A stretch of 64,000 bases of DNA from Terriglobia bacterium (GCA_965198225.1 CBDAOY010000005.1:512001-576000); one strand, 5' to 3'. Counted from the first letter of the stretch, positions 1 through 11,437 are shown. Numbers and translations are program-made. The notes: generated by a model from the letters alone, not told the origin.

Positions 1-110
1 GTGCGAATTCTTCGAGATCAGTCCGCACGGCCTCGAAGATCTCTTGAGCACTGCCGCGCTTCGATTTCCGTACGGCTTGTTCCAGGCGTCTAGGTGCGTA
101 GGCTAGCGTG
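1..110 (-). pseudogene. possible PP2C/SpoIIE phosphatase C-terminal fragment (runs off window edge)
   Basis: Minus strand reads RRLEQAVRKSKRGSAQEIFEAVRTDLEEFA, resembling SpoIIE C-terminal helices; no intact start seen. Confidence 0.3.
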
Positions 111-289
111 GGAGGAAATCCGGTCCGATGACCCGGTTTCGAAGGTGTCGACCCGGACCCCGCCGATGGCGATCCGGTCCCCAATGGGTTTTCAAGTAGG
201 TTGGCGGTGCGAAACAGTATTGCACTATTGATTTGATTGGCGACACTTTTATGCAATGCTGCGCGATTATGCGCCCGGATCGGTCCGAT

Positions 290-1741
290 TCACTTTAGCA
301 TCCGCTTCAATACCTTGCCCGTTGGGTTGCGGGGGAGGTCTGGAACGATCTCGAAGGCCTTGGGGACCTTGTAGGCAGCCACCCGCTCCTTGCAGAAACT
401 CCGCAACTGCTTGTCGTCAATCGCGGCGCCTTCCTCTGGGATCACGAACGCCTTGGGCACTTCGCCCCGCACCGCGTCCGGAATTCCGATAACCGCCACT
501 TCTTTCACCGACGGATGCTGGCCGAGGGCTTCTTCGATTTCGCGCGGGTAGATATTCTCTCCGGCCGAAATGATGAGATCCTTCTTGCGGCCGGTGATGG
601 TGACGTACCCCTCCGCGTCCATGTACCCGAGATCTCCGGTGTGCAACCAGCCATCGGTGATGGTCTTGGCTGTTTCTTCGGGGAGATCATGGTATCCCGC
701 CATCACGTTCTTGCCGCGGACCATGATCTCGCCAACCTCTCCCGGAGTGAGGGGCTTGTTCTGATCATCCCGTATGGCTATTTCAACGTTGGGCAGCGCA
801 CGGCCCACGGTGCCGAGCTTGCGTCCACCGGGAACGTTCAGAGAAACAACCGGGGCCGCCTCGGTCTGGCCGTAACCCTCGAAGATGTCGACTCCAAATC
901 GTTTCTGAAATGCTTCGGCCACGGCCACCGGAAGTGGCTCCCCACCGGAAATCGGAAAACGTACCGAACTGAAGTCAAAATCTCCCTCGGTCGCGGCAAG
1001 TACCCGGTACATCGAGGGGATCGCCAGAAAGCAGGTCGTCCCATGCTCGGCGATCAGGTTCAGCACCTTCAGCGGCTGGAAGCGGTCCACCAGGACCATC
1101 TTCGCGGCGTTGAGCATCGGCAGCAGGAATGTTCCCGTGATGGCATAAGTGTGGGAGAACGGTAACAGACACAGGACACTGTCGTTCTCGTCGAAGTTCC
1201 CCGCCTTCTGGCAGGAGTCCACGTTTGCCGTCAGGTTCTCGTGGGTCAGGACCACCCCCTTGGGCCGCCCCGTCGTCCCTGACGTATACAGGAGCAACGC
1301 GGGATCCTGGTCGCCGCCACCGTCGGGACCACCGGCGGGAACGAAGTCGGGGTCGTCGGCCATCAGGATCTTGCCCCGGGTGTCAAACAACGGCCGAATC
1401 TTCGTCACCGCCTCGTCGGAAAACTTCGAAGCAATGAGTCCCGACATGCCGGAATCCTGGAGTATGAAACCCAGATCATGGGGCGGAAGCAAATAGTTGA
1501 GGGGCACCGCCGTCTTCCCCGCGCGCCAGATGGCGAGCATGGAGACCAGGTAGCGTTACGAGTTAAGCAACAGGATTCCGACGGTGTTTCCCGGCACCTC
1601 ATCGCGGATTCTGGCTGAAAGGCGACGCGCCTCATCGTCGAGTTGGCCGAATGTCCACGACCGGCCGGCTTCGTCAACGAGCGCGGTGCGGGAGCGGTTC
1701 TTCCCGACCGCTTGATCGAACTTCTCGGAGAGAAAAGGCAT
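290..1741 (-). pseudogene. long-chain fatty acid--CoA ligase (AMP-binding family) with one in-frame TAA
   Basis: Motifs LLYTSGTTGRPKG, EGYGQTE, GWLHTGD, PRNPTGK; ORFs 1556..1741 and 290..1540 are in the same frame, separated only by TAA at 1556-1558 (GILLLNS*RYLVSMLAIW). Confidence 0.85.
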
Positions 1742-2269
1742 GGATGACCTCCGTCAATTTGGAGGGTTATATCATCGCATGCCGCACCAGCTGCTGCTTC
1801 CCGCTGATCGGCGGGTGTGGGCCACGTGAATGGGGATACCGTCCAGATCACGGAAACAGAACGAACTGACGCGGGTCCAGTGCATCTTCGGTTGGGCCGC
1901 CCGTTCCAGGCCCAGATGCTTCGTCCCGAAACAGGCCACTTCGGCAGCTTCCCTGCCGCCCTCGTTTCTGTAGCCCGGACTCAAACCAGACTTGACAGAA
2001 CCGTCCGCTCAGATCGTGCATATCACACGCCCGGCTTCCCCGCGACTCTTAGCGAAGAGTGGAGTAAATGTTCCGTTGGAGTTGAAGCCGCAGCGTTTCG
2101 CAACGGTCCCTTCTTTTGTTCCTTTGAGAGGATAATATTGAAGTGTCGCTAAGGCGCTCCCTATATCCGCTGGACGAGATACTGCTTCGGGTCTTGTGTC
2201 TCACTGGCTTTATAGGACGCTCCCCGGGTTCAGGTCGAAGCGACTCACGCCGACATTGCCGATGGGGGA

Positions 2270-2367
2270 AGCAGATCAACACGGCCCAACTCCAACGGTA
2301 CTACGTAAAACGGTTACAGAGATTCGGGTTGAAGGTCGCTGTAGAACCTGTGCCGGAGGTAGACTGA
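2270..2367 (+). pseudogene. IS110-family transposase extreme C-terminal remnant
   Basis: INTAQLQRYYVKRLQRFGLKVAVEP resembles the typical C-terminal tail of IS110 transposases. Confidence 0.5.
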
Positions 2368-2478
2368 GGGACATTTTTGAAGGTGGAGGAGAAATCGTTG
2401 GGCAATCTCCAACGCTGCCGGGCCTGTATGCGACGATTCCGACGATGACATCTTGACCGCGGGTGCCATGATTCCAAA

Positions 2479-5226
2479 ATGACACAGCGCTCCCTCGACA
2501 GCATCTCCAACACCGACTCCACACTCGTCTGTGGGTTGACGCCAAGTGGGCACATCGAGGTCCGACCCGAATTGACCAATGGGGACCCAACGATGCCCGC
2601 TGCCACGCAACAACGAATCCTCAAAGCATTCGGCACCGGGCGCGGACACGGCGTTCTGCACCTGGGCGCGGGAGAACTGGGCCGCGACCTCCATCCAACG
2701 CTATCGTACTGGCGTGACATCGGGCAGGCCTTCGTGGCCCGCGCATGCGGTGAGCTCGACCCCACCGACCCGAGTTCCCTCGTCCTGCCGCAGTCAGACT
2801 CTGACGAGATTTCGGCATTTGTCCAGGCCGCGCCCCCCATGCGGGGCGCGGAGTTGATCGGACCCCCACTGCTCGAAGACCTCTGGTTCGACATTGGCAA
2901 GGCCCTCGTCGCCGAAGCTGCGAGGTTCAAGGACGGAGTCCAAGGGTACCTCAGGGAGCAAAGCTCGGTTTGGAACGTGGTCGGCCGGGTCTGCTTCCAC
3001 CTGGCCGAGAACAAGCAAGAACCGGACTTCCCCTTCGCGTTTATCGCGACGTACGTCCACAAGGTTTCGATCGAGGCCAAGCCCCAGCACCTCCCGCTCG
3101 GTCGGGCGCTCAAGGATTACGCCGGAGCCAGAAACCGCCAAAAACTACTCTCACTGCTGTCTCCTCTGTCGCGCGCTGCTGGGCAAAGTGATCTCATCCG
3201 CGAGCTTGTCGACTCAGGAGACATCTATCATCCACTGTCCTGGACGCCAGGGGAGGCGCATCGTTTCCTCAGCGATACCGCGTTGTACCAGAAGGCCGGC
3301 CTGGTCGTGCGTATGCCCGACTGGTGGAATGCCCGAGACCGGCACCGGCCTAAAGTCTCGGTGACGGTGGGCGGCAAGGTGCCTTCGAAACTCGGCATGG
3401 AGGCGCTGCTGGATTTTGACGTCAGGCTCACCGCCGATGGCAAGACCCTGTCGCAAAAGGAGATGGAGGACTTGCTCGGCTCCACCGAAGGGCTCGTGTT
3501 GATCAAGGGCAAGTGGGTCGAGGTCGACCGCGACAAACTCGGCCAAGTTCTCGCACAGTGGCGGAATGTCCAGCAGCAGGCTGAAGCGGGCGGAGTCCGC
3601 TTCGGCGAGGCCATGCGCATGCTGGCCGGCGTTCAACTCGATGATGGTGAGGCCGACAACGCCACGGACGCTCGACGGGAGTGGTCGGAGGTAATCGCTG
3701 GCAAGTGGCTCTCATCCAAGATCGATGCGCTCCGTCGACCCGGATGGAAAACCGCAATTGACGCCAGCGCTGGACTCAAGACGGATCTTCGTCCTTACCA
3801 GAAACTCGGCGTCCGGTGGCTTTGGACGCTGCGTAGCCTGGGGCTCGGCGGCTGCCTGGCCGACGACATGGGCCTCGGCAAGACAATCCAGGTGCTGGCG
3901 GTTCTCTCTCTGAGCCTGCGCAACAAGGAAGCGGGCGCCGATTTGCTCGTGGTTCCTGCATCGATCATCGACAACTGGAGCCTGGAGATTGAGCGATTCG
4001 CCCCGGAATTGAAGGTGCTGATCGCGCATCCGTCGCGCATCCCCTCAACCGATCTCAGGAAGCTGTCAAAAGAGGAAGTGGAGGCGCACGACGCGGTGAT
4101 TACCACCTACGGTACGGCCACGCGGACCGACTGGATGAAAACCCATCCATGGCGGACCGTGATCCTAGACGAGGCCCAAGCCATCAAGAACCCGGGTGCC
4201 AAGCAGACCCGGGCAGTCAAGGCGCTGCAATCGAAATGGCGTCTGGCTCTGACGGGAACGCCGGTGGAGAATCGGCTCGGCGATCTGTGGTCGATCTTCG
4301 ACTTTCTAAACCCGGGACTTCTAGGGTCGGCCAAAAAGTTCAACGCGTTCTCGAAATCCATGGCGTCAGGCAAGCAGGGCGGCTACGCACCGCTACGCAG
4401 GCTGGTGCAGCCTTACATCCTGCGCAGGCTCAAAAGCGACAAGAGCATCATCGCGGATCTGCCTGACAAGACCGAAGTCAATGCCTATTGCGGGTTGACC
4501 CAGCGCCAGGCCTTGCTCTACCAGCAGTCGGTTGAAGAAATGAAGAGAACCATTGAGGCGCTGGGCGGTATCGAGCGGCGGGGCGTAGTTCTGGCCTTTT
4601 TGATGCGCCTCAAACAGATCTGCAACCACCCGTCCCAGTGGCTGGGTGACGGAAAGTACCAGCCGGCGGATAGCGGCAAGTTCTCACGACTGCGCGAGCT
4701 ATGCGAGACCGTTGCCGCCCGACAGGACAAGGTGCTGGTGTTCACTCAGTTTCGCGGAATGACCGGGCCGCTCGCGGGCTTCCTTGCTGAGATCTTCGGG
4801 CGCAAAGGCCTCGTTCTGCACGGAGGCACACCAGTCCGGAAACGACAGGAGCTCGTTGAGAGTTTCCAGGGCAATGACTGGATTCCGTTCATGGCACTCT
4901 CACTCAAGGCGGGCGGCACCGGGCTCAACCTCACGGCAGCGTCCCACGTGATCCACTTCGACCGCTGGTGGAACCCCGCCGTCGAGAACCAGGCTACCGA
5001 CCGAGCCTTTCGTATTGGCCAGAAGGAAAACGTCCTCGTCCACAAGTTCCTCTGCAGGGGCACAGTGGAGGAGCGTATCGACGAGCTGATCGCCGGCAAG
5101 CAGAAGCTCTCCGATGAGATCCTGTCGGTGGGAGCTGAGTCGGTATTGACCGAGCTCAGCAACGAGGAGTTGATCTCCATCGTGTCGCTCAACGTAAGCA
5201 GCTCTCTCGAAGTGTCGCAGGCATGA
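2479..5226 (+). CDS. SNF2-family (SWI2/SNF2) helicase
   Basis: LRPYQ, LADDMGLGKT, DEAQAIKN, TGTPVEN, SLKAGGTGLNL, DRWWNPAVENQATDRAFRIGQ motifs. Confidence 0.95.
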   Translation: MTQRSLDSISNTDSTLVCGLTPSGHIEVRPELTNGDPTMPAATQQRILKAFGTGRGHGVLHLGAGELGRDLHPTLSYWRDIGQAFVARACGELDPTDPSSLVLPQSDSDEISAFVQAAPPMRGAELIGPPLLEDLWFDIGKALVAEAARFKDGVQGYLREQSSVWNVVGRVCFHLAENKQEPDFPFAFIATYVHKVSIEAKPQHLPLGRALKDYAGARNRQKLLSLLSPLSRAAGQSDLIRELVDSGDIYHPLSWTPGEAHRFLSDTALYQKAGLVVRMPDWWNARDRHRPKVSVTVGGKVPSKLGMEALLDFDVRLTADGKTLSQKEMEDLLGSTEGLVLIKGKWVEVDRDKLGQVLAQWRNVQQQAEAGGVRFGEAMRMLAGVQLDDGEADNATDARREWSEVIAGKWLSSKIDALRRPGWKTAIDASAGLKTDLRPYQKLGVRWLWTLRSLGLGGCLADDMGLGKTIQVLAVLSLSLRNKEAGADLLVVPASIIDNWSLEIERFAPELKVLIAHPSRIPSTDLRKLSKEEVEAHDAVITTYGTATRTDWMKTHPWRTVILDEAQAIKNPGAKQTRAVKALQSKWRLALTGTPVENRLGDLWSIFDFLNPGLLGSAKKFNAFSKSMASGKQGGYAPLRRLVQPYILRRLKSDKSIIADLPDKTEVNAYCGLTQRQALLYQQSVEEMKRTIEALGGIERRGVVLAFLMRLKQICNHPSQWLGDGKYQPADSGKFSRLRELCETVAARQDKVLVFTQFRGMTGPLAGFLAEIFGRKGLVLHGGTPVRKRQELVESFQGNDWIPFMALSLKAGGTGLNLTAASHVIHFDRWWNPAVENQATDRAFRIGQKENVLVHKFLCRGTVEERIDELIAGKQKLSDEILSVGAESVLTELSNEELISIVSLNVSSSLEVSQA

Positions 5227-5250
5227 ACGGCACCGTAGCGAGGTAGGACA

Positions 5251-6243
5251 ATGGACTGGTACTCATGGCGCCCGTATGTTTCTGCAGCCGAGCGCCGCCG
5301 CAAGGCACTGGAAACAATCCTCAAGATGAAGAAAGCCGGACGGGAACTCTCGCCGGTCGAGGTCGCCAGCCGCAAGATAGCTTCGACCTTCTGGGGCGAC
5401 GCCTGGTGCAGGAACCTTGAGTCCTATAGCGACTATGCCAATCGCTTGCCGCGTGGGCGGACCTATCTGCGCAACCGTTCAGTGATCGATTTGCAGATCG
5501 AGGCCAGGCGTGTACGCGCACTGGTCAGCGGCTCAGACATCTACGAAATAGACATCCGGATAAAGCCGCTCGCGAAGCGCCGATGGACCGAGATCAAGGG
5601 CCAGTGTGCGGGTCAGATCAATTCGCTGGTGGAGCTGCTGCGGGGGGCCATATCCAAAAGTGTAATGGAGATCGTGACTTTCAAAGGCAAGGGGCTGTTT
5701 CCGTCCCCCAAAGAGATTTCGTTGAACTGCTCGTGCCCGGACTGGGCCACCATGTGCAAGCATGTGGCGGCCACTCTATACGGTGTAGGTGCTCGCCTGG
5801 ACCGCGAGCCCGAGATGTTATTCACCTTGCGAGGAGTCGACCCCACCGAGATGCTCGCCGCCGCCGTTGATCAGCCAGCGCCCGTGGGCAAGCCCAAGAA
5901 GAGCCGGGCCCTTGCATTAGACGACCTGTCTTCAGTCTTCGGTGTCGATATCGACGGAACCTCGTCGGAAGATGCGGCAAAGCCAACCCATATCGCCACA
6001 CGCACTACGAGGACCCGAAAACGACTAAAGGCTACGAAGAACAGTAAGGCCCAGGTAAGACCGGGGGCCAAGAAATCAGCAAATCAAGCCACTGGCAAAA
6101 AGGCTCCGACCCGGAAGCAGGTTTCGACTCAGAAAGCGATCTCCAACAGAAAGACATCCTCGAGGAAACAGACAGCGAAGGGGGCTGGCAAGAAGGCCAG
6201 GGGCCGGAAGACCTCTACCGTGAAACCTACTGCGAAAACGTAG
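5251..6243 (+). CDS. SWIM zinc-finger protein with Lys/Arg-rich C-terminal tail
   Basis: CSCPDWATMCKH (CxCx..CxH) motif, NRLPRGRTY; directly downstream of the SNF2 helicase. Confidence 0.9.
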   Translation: MDWYSWRPYVSAAERRRKALETILKMKKAGRELSPVEVASRKIASTFWGDAWCRNLESYSDYANRLPRGRTYLRNRSVIDLQIEARRVRALVSGSDIYEIDIRIKPLAKRRWTEIKGQCAGQINSLVELLRGAISKSVMEIVTFKGKGLFPSPKEISLNCSCPDWATMCKHVAATLYGVGARLDREPEMLFTLRGVDPTEMLAAAVDQPAPVGKPKKSRALALDDLSSVFGVDIDGTSSEDAAKPTHIATRTTRTRKRLKATKNSKAQVRPGAKKSANQATGKKAPTRKQVSTQKAISNRKTSSRKQTAKGAGKKARGRKTSTVKPTAKT

Positions 6244-6265
6244 TGTCCGTCAGGATGAAACGCTA

Positions 6266-7456
6266 GTCTCCTGTCCCAATGGTTCGTGACATAAATTATC
6301 CCTGCTCAGCGGGTCGTGTGCGCTGGGCGAAACGTGCGATGCTGGCCAGAATATCGTCGGCAGTCCGGGTCCAAACGAAGGGATTGGGATCTTCGTTGTG
6401 CACGTCGATGTAGTCGCGAATGGCGGCTTCCAATTCCTTCACGCTTCGGAATATCCCACGACGAATCCGTTTGTTGGTGATCTCAGCAAACCAGCGCTCG
6501 ACCAGATTGATCCAGGAGCCATAGGTCGGGGTGAAGTGGGCGTGAAAACGAGGGCGCTTCGCAAACCATTTCCGAATGATGACCGTCTTGTGCGTCCCGT
6601 AGTTATCCATCACGATGTGAATGTCCAAATCAGCGGGCACGTTCGCCTCGATCGTATCCAGGAATTTGCGGAATTCCTGAGAACGGTGACGGCGATGCAA
6701 TTGACCGATGACGCGGTTGGTCTTCAACTCCAGGGCCGCGAACAGAGACGTCGTTCCATGGCGTTTGTAATCGTGCGTGCGGCGCTCCAGTTGTCCGGGC
6801 CGCATGGGCCGCATCGGCTGCGCACGATCCAGCGCTTGAATCTGGCTCTTTTCATCGACGCATAAGACCAGCGCGTGATCCGGTGGGTTCATGTACAGTC
6901 CCACGATGTCCCGCACCTTCTCGACCAACAACGGGTCGGGTGACAGCTTGAATGTCTCCACACGATGCGGCTGTAATCCAAACGCCCGCCAGATCCGGCT
7001 GATCGTCATGCGGCTCAGCCCACTGGCTTTCGCCAGTTCACGTGTACTCCAATGCGTCTGCCCCCGCGGTGTGCTCTCCAACGTCTTAATGATGACCTGC
7101 TCGATTTGCTCATCACTGACTTTACGAGGCGCTCCCGGGCGCGGCTCATCATACAGCCCTTCCAGACGTGACTCGAGAAACCGCGCACGCCATTTGCCCA
7201 CCATGCCCAGCGAGCAACGCAGTTTCTTTGCGACCACTTTGTTATCCAATCCTTCCGCGCAGGCCAGCACCACTCGGGCCCGTCGCGCCACTAACGACTG
7301 ACTGCGCGAACGGTGCGCCAACGACTGGAGTCGCTCACGCTCTTCTTCGGTTAACATCAATGGTTGTTTGGGACGACCGGTTCGCATCTAAGACCTCCTC
7401 GGATCTTAGTACGAAACAGGCCTCTAATTAGTTCAATTATTTCTGGGACAGGAGAC
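6266..7456 (-). mobile_element. IS630-family insertion sequence
   Basis: Terminal inverted repeats GTCTCCTGTCCCA / TGGGACAGGAGAC, flanked by TA (CTAG context) at 6264-6265 and 7457-7458. Confidence 0.92.
6296..7387 (-). CDS. IS630-family transposase
   Basis: HTH N-terminus; [40 protein letters not shown] motifs. Confidence 0.95.
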   Translation of the reverse strand: MRTGRPKQPLMLTEEERERLQSLAHRSRSQSLVARRARVVLACAEGLDNKVVAKKLRCSLGMVGKWRARFLESRLEGLYDEPRPGAPRKVSDEQIEQVIIKTLESTPRGQTHWSTRELAKASGLSRMTISRIWRAFGLQPHRVETFKLSPDPLLVEKVRDIVGLYMNPPDHALVLCVDEKSQIQALDRAQPMRPMRPGQLERRTHDYKRHGTTSLFAALELKTNRVIGQLHRRHRSQEFRKFLDTIEANVPADLDIHIVMDNYGTHKTVIIRKWFAKRPRFHAHFTPTYGSWINLVERWFAEITNKRIRRGIFRSVKELEAAIRDYIDVHNEDPNPFVWTRTADDILASIARFAQRTRPAEQG

Positions 7457-7545
7457 TAGCAGTCCGAGGTTAAAGTCGGACCCAAAACGTCAAAGGGACC
7501 GTGCGCGTCCGTATCGCGAAGAGAATGACGAGAGGAGAACGCGAT

Positions 7546-7728
7546 ATGGGACTGGGACGGAAGAAGCGTCGGCAAGATTCGCGCTGGATCGCGATGCAGG
7601 AACTGCCGCGGACGAGCGGCCATGTTTTTTATGAACGGGTGAACCGCACTCTCGAAGAGAACGGGTTCGACCGATTCGTCGAGGACGCCTGCCAGAAGTT
7701 CTATGCACCGATCTGCCTGATACCCTAG
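7546..7728 (+). pseudogene. transposase N-terminal fragment (IS1182/IS5-like)
   Basis: ELPRTSGHVFYERVNRTLEENGFDRFVEDACQKFYA, truncated. Confidence 0.6.
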
Positions 7729-7816
7729 TGTTCACGATCGCCGGAATCCCGTTCAGGCTGCCCGGAATCGGTGTTCAGGATGGGCCGGAATACGCAGCAA
7801 TCGCTCGGAATACGCA
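7728..7816. mobile_element. orphan IS21-type terminal repeats
   Basis: Repeated GTTCAxxxxxxCCGGAAT units ending in GGAATACGCA (7796), with a second GGAATACGCA ending at 7816. Confidence 0.55.
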
Positions 7817-7967
7817 ACCGACACTGGAGCGCAGGGAGCTTCGATCGTGAGAGAAGAACGAAGACTTTGCAACCGAGCCGCGGATTTGAGTACCCTGACC
7901 GTGCAGGGATGGCCAAAAATGAAATCCCGATTTACTTTCTGTGGATGAAGTAGGAGCCCGATAGAAC

Positions 7968-8549
7968 ATGACCCAGAGTGAAGGATTGTTTGAAGAGAAA
8001 AGCAAGAGCCTGGAAGAGGAATGTTTTCACCGAGAGAATCAGCGCCAGCTGGAGAATCTGCGCCAGGTGCGCGTCATGGAACAATCCAGGGAGGAATTGT
8101 CTCAGGCTTCGGGTATCCAGAACGAGGCCATCCTGGATCGTCTTCTGGAACTGGGGATTACCGCTCAGACGGTGGCAGCCTTGACGGTGGTGCCCTTGGT
8201 CGAGGTAGTTTGGGCTGATGGTCATCTGGATGAAAAGGAAAAGCAGGCCTTCTTGCAGGCTGCTGATCAATTAGGACTCTCCGCAGGGAGCGTCAACTAC
8301 GATCTGTTGGAAGGCTGGCTATCCAAACGGCCCGATCGCCGTCTGCGCCAGGCTTGGCGGGAGTATATCCAGGGGCTGTGCGACGAATTGAATCCCGAGC
8401 AACGAGAGGCCTTGAAGTCAGACCTGCTGAGGCGAGCGCGGGATATGGCCGAGGCCAGCGGGGGCATTCTGGGCCTGGGCTCCAAGATATCGAAGGCAGA
8501 GATGGATACGTTGGAAGAACTGGCAGATGCCTTTCCCAGCCCGGACTAG
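7968..8549 (+). CDS. conserved hypothetical protein, TerB-like helical fold
   Basis: 193-aa ORF with RBS; VEVVWADGHLDEKEK and AEASGGILGLGSKISKAE motifs. Confidence 0.7.
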   Translation: MTQSEGLFEEKSKSLEEECFHRENQRQLENLRQVRVMEQSREELSQASGIQNEAILDRLLELGITAQTVAALTVVPLVEVVWADGHLDEKEKQAFLQAADQLGLSAGSVNYDLLEGWLSKRPDRRLRQAWREYIQGLCDELNPEQREALKSDLLRRARDMAEASGGILGLGSKISKAEMDTLEELADAFPSPD

Positions 8550-8760
8550 CGTGACCTCGGTCCCGGACGAAACACATCAAGGTAAATCGTTTTCCAATAC
8601 TAAGTTATTGATTTCTTGTTCTGGTGCATTGGCGGTCGCAGCAGCGCGGAGAGTCGGCCTGGGCTGATCGGCGGTGCCGGTAAGGCCGCCCTGGAGCGGA
8701 GGGCAGGCTGGAGATCCCCGTCTCGTTCAGGAGGCATTTGATACGTATGATAATGTCCTT

Positions 8761-9043
8761 TGAACTAAGCCGCAGGCGCTCGGATGCTACATGTGTGGTA
8801 TGGTCTGGTGCGATCAGACGATGAAGGTATTTCGCAAATCACGCCCCAACGTGAGTCACTTTTCGACACAAAGTCGTAAGCCGTTCATTAAAAGCCGGTT
8901 AAAATTGAAAACCCATAGGCGCTGGCCCGCATCCTCTTAACGCGCCTCCGGCTCACTTCAAAGCATTCTATCCGACATCGCCCGGCATCATTTTCTGTCA
9001 CTGTCGGTGCCTGACGATCTCCGATAGAATCATGGCGTTTATC
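8761..9043 (+). repeat. 283-bp direct repeat, copy 1
   Basis: Matches 28744..29026 apart from one substitution seen (AAAGCATTC vs AAACCATTC). Confidence 0.95.
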
Positions 9044-9132
9044 ATTCATATTAAAGCCCACCCCGCCAGTCTACCGAAAATCATATGATGCCGGATCGCG
9101 GCCTCACCTTGAGTAGAATCGGAGCCCGCACG

Positions 9133-9305
9133 ATGCCTCGAAAACCGGCGGGGGTTCACAGACTTCCGGAAATTCTCAACGTGCTCGACCACATGGACGC
9201 GAGTCACCGCGACCGCCAGGGGGTCGAGAAACTCTTCGGCGTCGGTGAGCGCCGCGCCCGGCAATTGATGGCCGGGTTTTCCGGCATCCGGGCCGGCAAC
9301 GCTGG
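9133..9305 (+). pseudogene. truncated hypothetical protein (homologous fragment at ~29114-29205)
   Basis: MPRKPAGVHRLPEILNVLDHMDASHRDRQGVEKLFGV vs MPSKPTWFHRLGEILDVLRDMDTSQLDRQG. Confidence 0.55.
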
Positions 9306-9428
9306 GCCGCGAACCATGACCTTCGACCGAAAGGTCCGAAACCTATGTCGCATCCGGGGCGGTTCACAGTGTCGTTCGAGACAACTGAAGTTCGCGCGGG
9401 CCTTCACGGGGCGATGCGTTGTTCTCAA

Positions 9429-9629
9429 TCAGCTGACCTTGCGTTTCGCGATCAACTCCCGAACTTCTGGAACGAGATCAACTGGAACTTCGACCGCCGT
9501 GTGAGTGGTACTCTCAAATGCAGCTTCGTCCTCCGCGACGGCTTCCTCGTCGCTTTGTGTTTCGTAGTGTTCGAGTACCTGTTGGACCCTGCTCTCGTCC
9601 CACCCGGCCGGAAAGTGCTTCTTACTCAT
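9429..9629 (-). CDS. small acidic putative antitoxin
   Basis: 66 aa, acidic, ATGA overlap with the upstream toxin-like gene. Confidence 0.7.
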   Translation of the reverse strand: MSKKHFPAGWDESRVQQVLEHYETQSDEEAVAEDEAAFESTTHTAVEVPVDLVPEVRELIAKRKVS

Positions 9630-9907
9630 TGTGCCCTCTTACGTCTGCGGCGAAGAGCTCGCCTCGCCTTTGGTCCGAGTTCGTACGCAGTGATCACGAA
9701 GACCGAGTTCGGAATGGGATCTGGAACGTAAACGATCCTTAAATAACGGCCTTCGGCCGTTTGGCCGAGCGCGATTCTCGCTCCTCCCTCTCCGGGCCGG
9801 TCTTCCATTGGACGATCAAGGACTGCCTCAACTTCGTATTCGGACACGTTGTGACCGTAGATGTGAGGTTGTCCACTTCTGGGATCATCGTAATAGCGCG
9901 CCTGCAT
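9626..9907 (-). CDS. DUF4258/BrnT-like putative RNase toxin
   Basis: HIYGHNVSEYEVEAVL...GQTAEGRYLRIVY...VFVITAY pattern. Confidence 0.75.
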   Translation of the reverse strand: MQARYYDDPRSGQPHIYGHNVSEYEVEAVLDRPMEDRPGEGGARIALGQTAEGRYLRIVYVPDPIPNSVFVITAYELGPKARRALRRRRKRAQ

Positions 9908-10138
9908 GGAAATATTCTACATTGCTGCCTCTCGCTGAAACCGTCCGAAGCAACGGCCTTGGATGGATTAGCATATTCTTAGTGATCAGGGTAGCAGGGC
10001 GGGGTTGCACCCTCCCTGCACCGACTATCCATGCGAAAGTGTTATTGCCGTTGGAGAGGGCAAGAGATCGAGTTCATCGGACGAACTGAAAGCCCCAAGC
10101 TCCGAAACGTCATACAAGCTACCGAAGCCAAGGGACGC

Positions 10139-11437
10139 TCACAGGCACGCGAACTTCACCGCGAAGAGCAGCGCCACCGCGATCAAGGCTGGTGAACACT
10201 CGCTACGGCGTCCCGCCAGCACCTTAATCAACACGTAGGTGAGAACGCCGAGGCCGAGGCCGTCGGCGATGGAAAACGTTAGCGGGATGGCGATGACGGT
10301 CACGACCGCGGCGGCTGACTCGGTGACGTCGCTCCAGTCCACGTCCACTAGCGGGCGCGCCATGAGACACGCCACGTAGAGGATGGCCGCCGCCGTCGCG
10401 TAGGGCGGGATGGACCCGGCCAGCGGCGCCATGAACAGGCAGGCGAGGAACAGCCCCGCCACGACGACCGCTGTCAGACCCGTGCGTCCGCCCGCGCTGA
10501 CCCCCGTGGCGCTCTCGATGTAGCTGGTCACCGGCGAGGTGCCGAGCAGGGCGCCTCCCACCGTTCCCGTGGAGTCGGCGATCAGCGCGCGCTGCATGCG
10601 CGGAAGTTGACCGCGGTCGTCTAGAAGCTGCGCCTGGTGGGCGACGCCGATCAGCGTGCCTGTCGTGTCGAAGAGGTCGACGATCAGGAACGTCAGGATG
10701 ACTCCGATCATACCCGCCTGCAGCGCACCAGCTATGTCGAGGGCCAACAGCGTCGGCGTCGGGTCGGGCGGCAGCGATGCAATACCCTGCCATTCGGAGA
10801 CGCCCATGATGAGGCCGGCGGCGGTGACGCCCAGCATCCCGATAATCGCGGCCCCCGGCACGCGGCGCGCTGAGAGCGCCACGATCGCGCAGAAACCGAG
10901 CAGGGCCAGCACCGGCGCCGGCGCCCTCAACTCGCCGGCAGTGACCAACGTCGCCTCGCTGGCCTGGATGATGCCGGCGTTCCGTAGCGCGATGACGCCC
11001 AGGAACAGGCCGATCCCGGCCGCGATGGCCAGCTTCAGCCCCCGGGGGATCGCCTCGATGATCCAGCGTCGCACCGGTAGCACGCTCAGGACGAGAAACA
11101 GCACGCCGGCGACGAATACCGCGCCGAGCGCGACCTCCCACGTGTGGCCGAGGCCGAGGACGACGCCGTAGGCGAAGAATGCGTTGAGTCCCATTCCAGG
11201 CGCTAGAGCGATCGGGTAGTTGGCGTACAGCCCCATCACGAGCGTGCTCAGCGCCGCCGCGAGGCAGGTGGCGACGAATACCGCTTCGAACGGCATGCCG
11301 GCGTCGGAGAGGATCTGCGGGTTGACGAAGGCGATGTAGGCCATCGTCAGGAACGTCGTCACGCCTGCTGCCACCTCCGTCCTTACGTCAGTGCCCCGCT
11401 GCGCCAGTCCGAAGTAGCGTTCAAGGGTCGCGGTCAT
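10139..11437 (-). CDS. NCS2-family (AzgA/PbuG-like) purine permease
   Basis: TTFLTMAYIAFVNPQIL, APGMGLNAFF, DLFDTTGT, YIESATGVSAGGRTGLT; many TM segments. Confidence 0.93.
   Translation of the reverse strand: MTATLERYFGLAQRGTDVRTEVAAGVTTFLTMAYIAFVNPQILSDAGMPFEAVFVATCLAAALSTLVMGLYANYPIALAPGMGLNAFFAYGVVLGLGHTWEVALGAVFVAGVLFLVLSVLPVRRWIIEAIPRGLKLAIAAGIGLFLGVIALRNAGIIQASEATLVTAGELRAPAPVLALLGFCAIVALSARRVPGAAIIGMLGVTAAGLIMGVSEWQGIASLPPDPTPTLLALDIAGALQAGMIGVILTFLIVDLFDTTGTLIGVAHQAQLLDDRGQLPRMQRALIADSTGTVGGALLGTSPVTSYIESATGVSAGGRTGLTAVVVAGLFLACLFMAPLAGSIPPYATAAAILYVACLMARPLVDVDWSDVTESAAAVVTVIAIPLTFSIADGLGLGVLTYVLIKVLAGRRSECSPALIAVALLFAVKFACL

Noticed and set aside
1860-2030. Possible IS110/IS1111 non-coding end or structured RNA upstream of the CoA ligase
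   Set aside because: Only a vague resemblance; no adjacent transposase in the right position and no structure I can support.
8740-8770. dif-like site (GATAATGTCCTTTGAACT)
   Set aside because: The XerD-like arm is incomplete and the left half is not shared with the second repeat copy.
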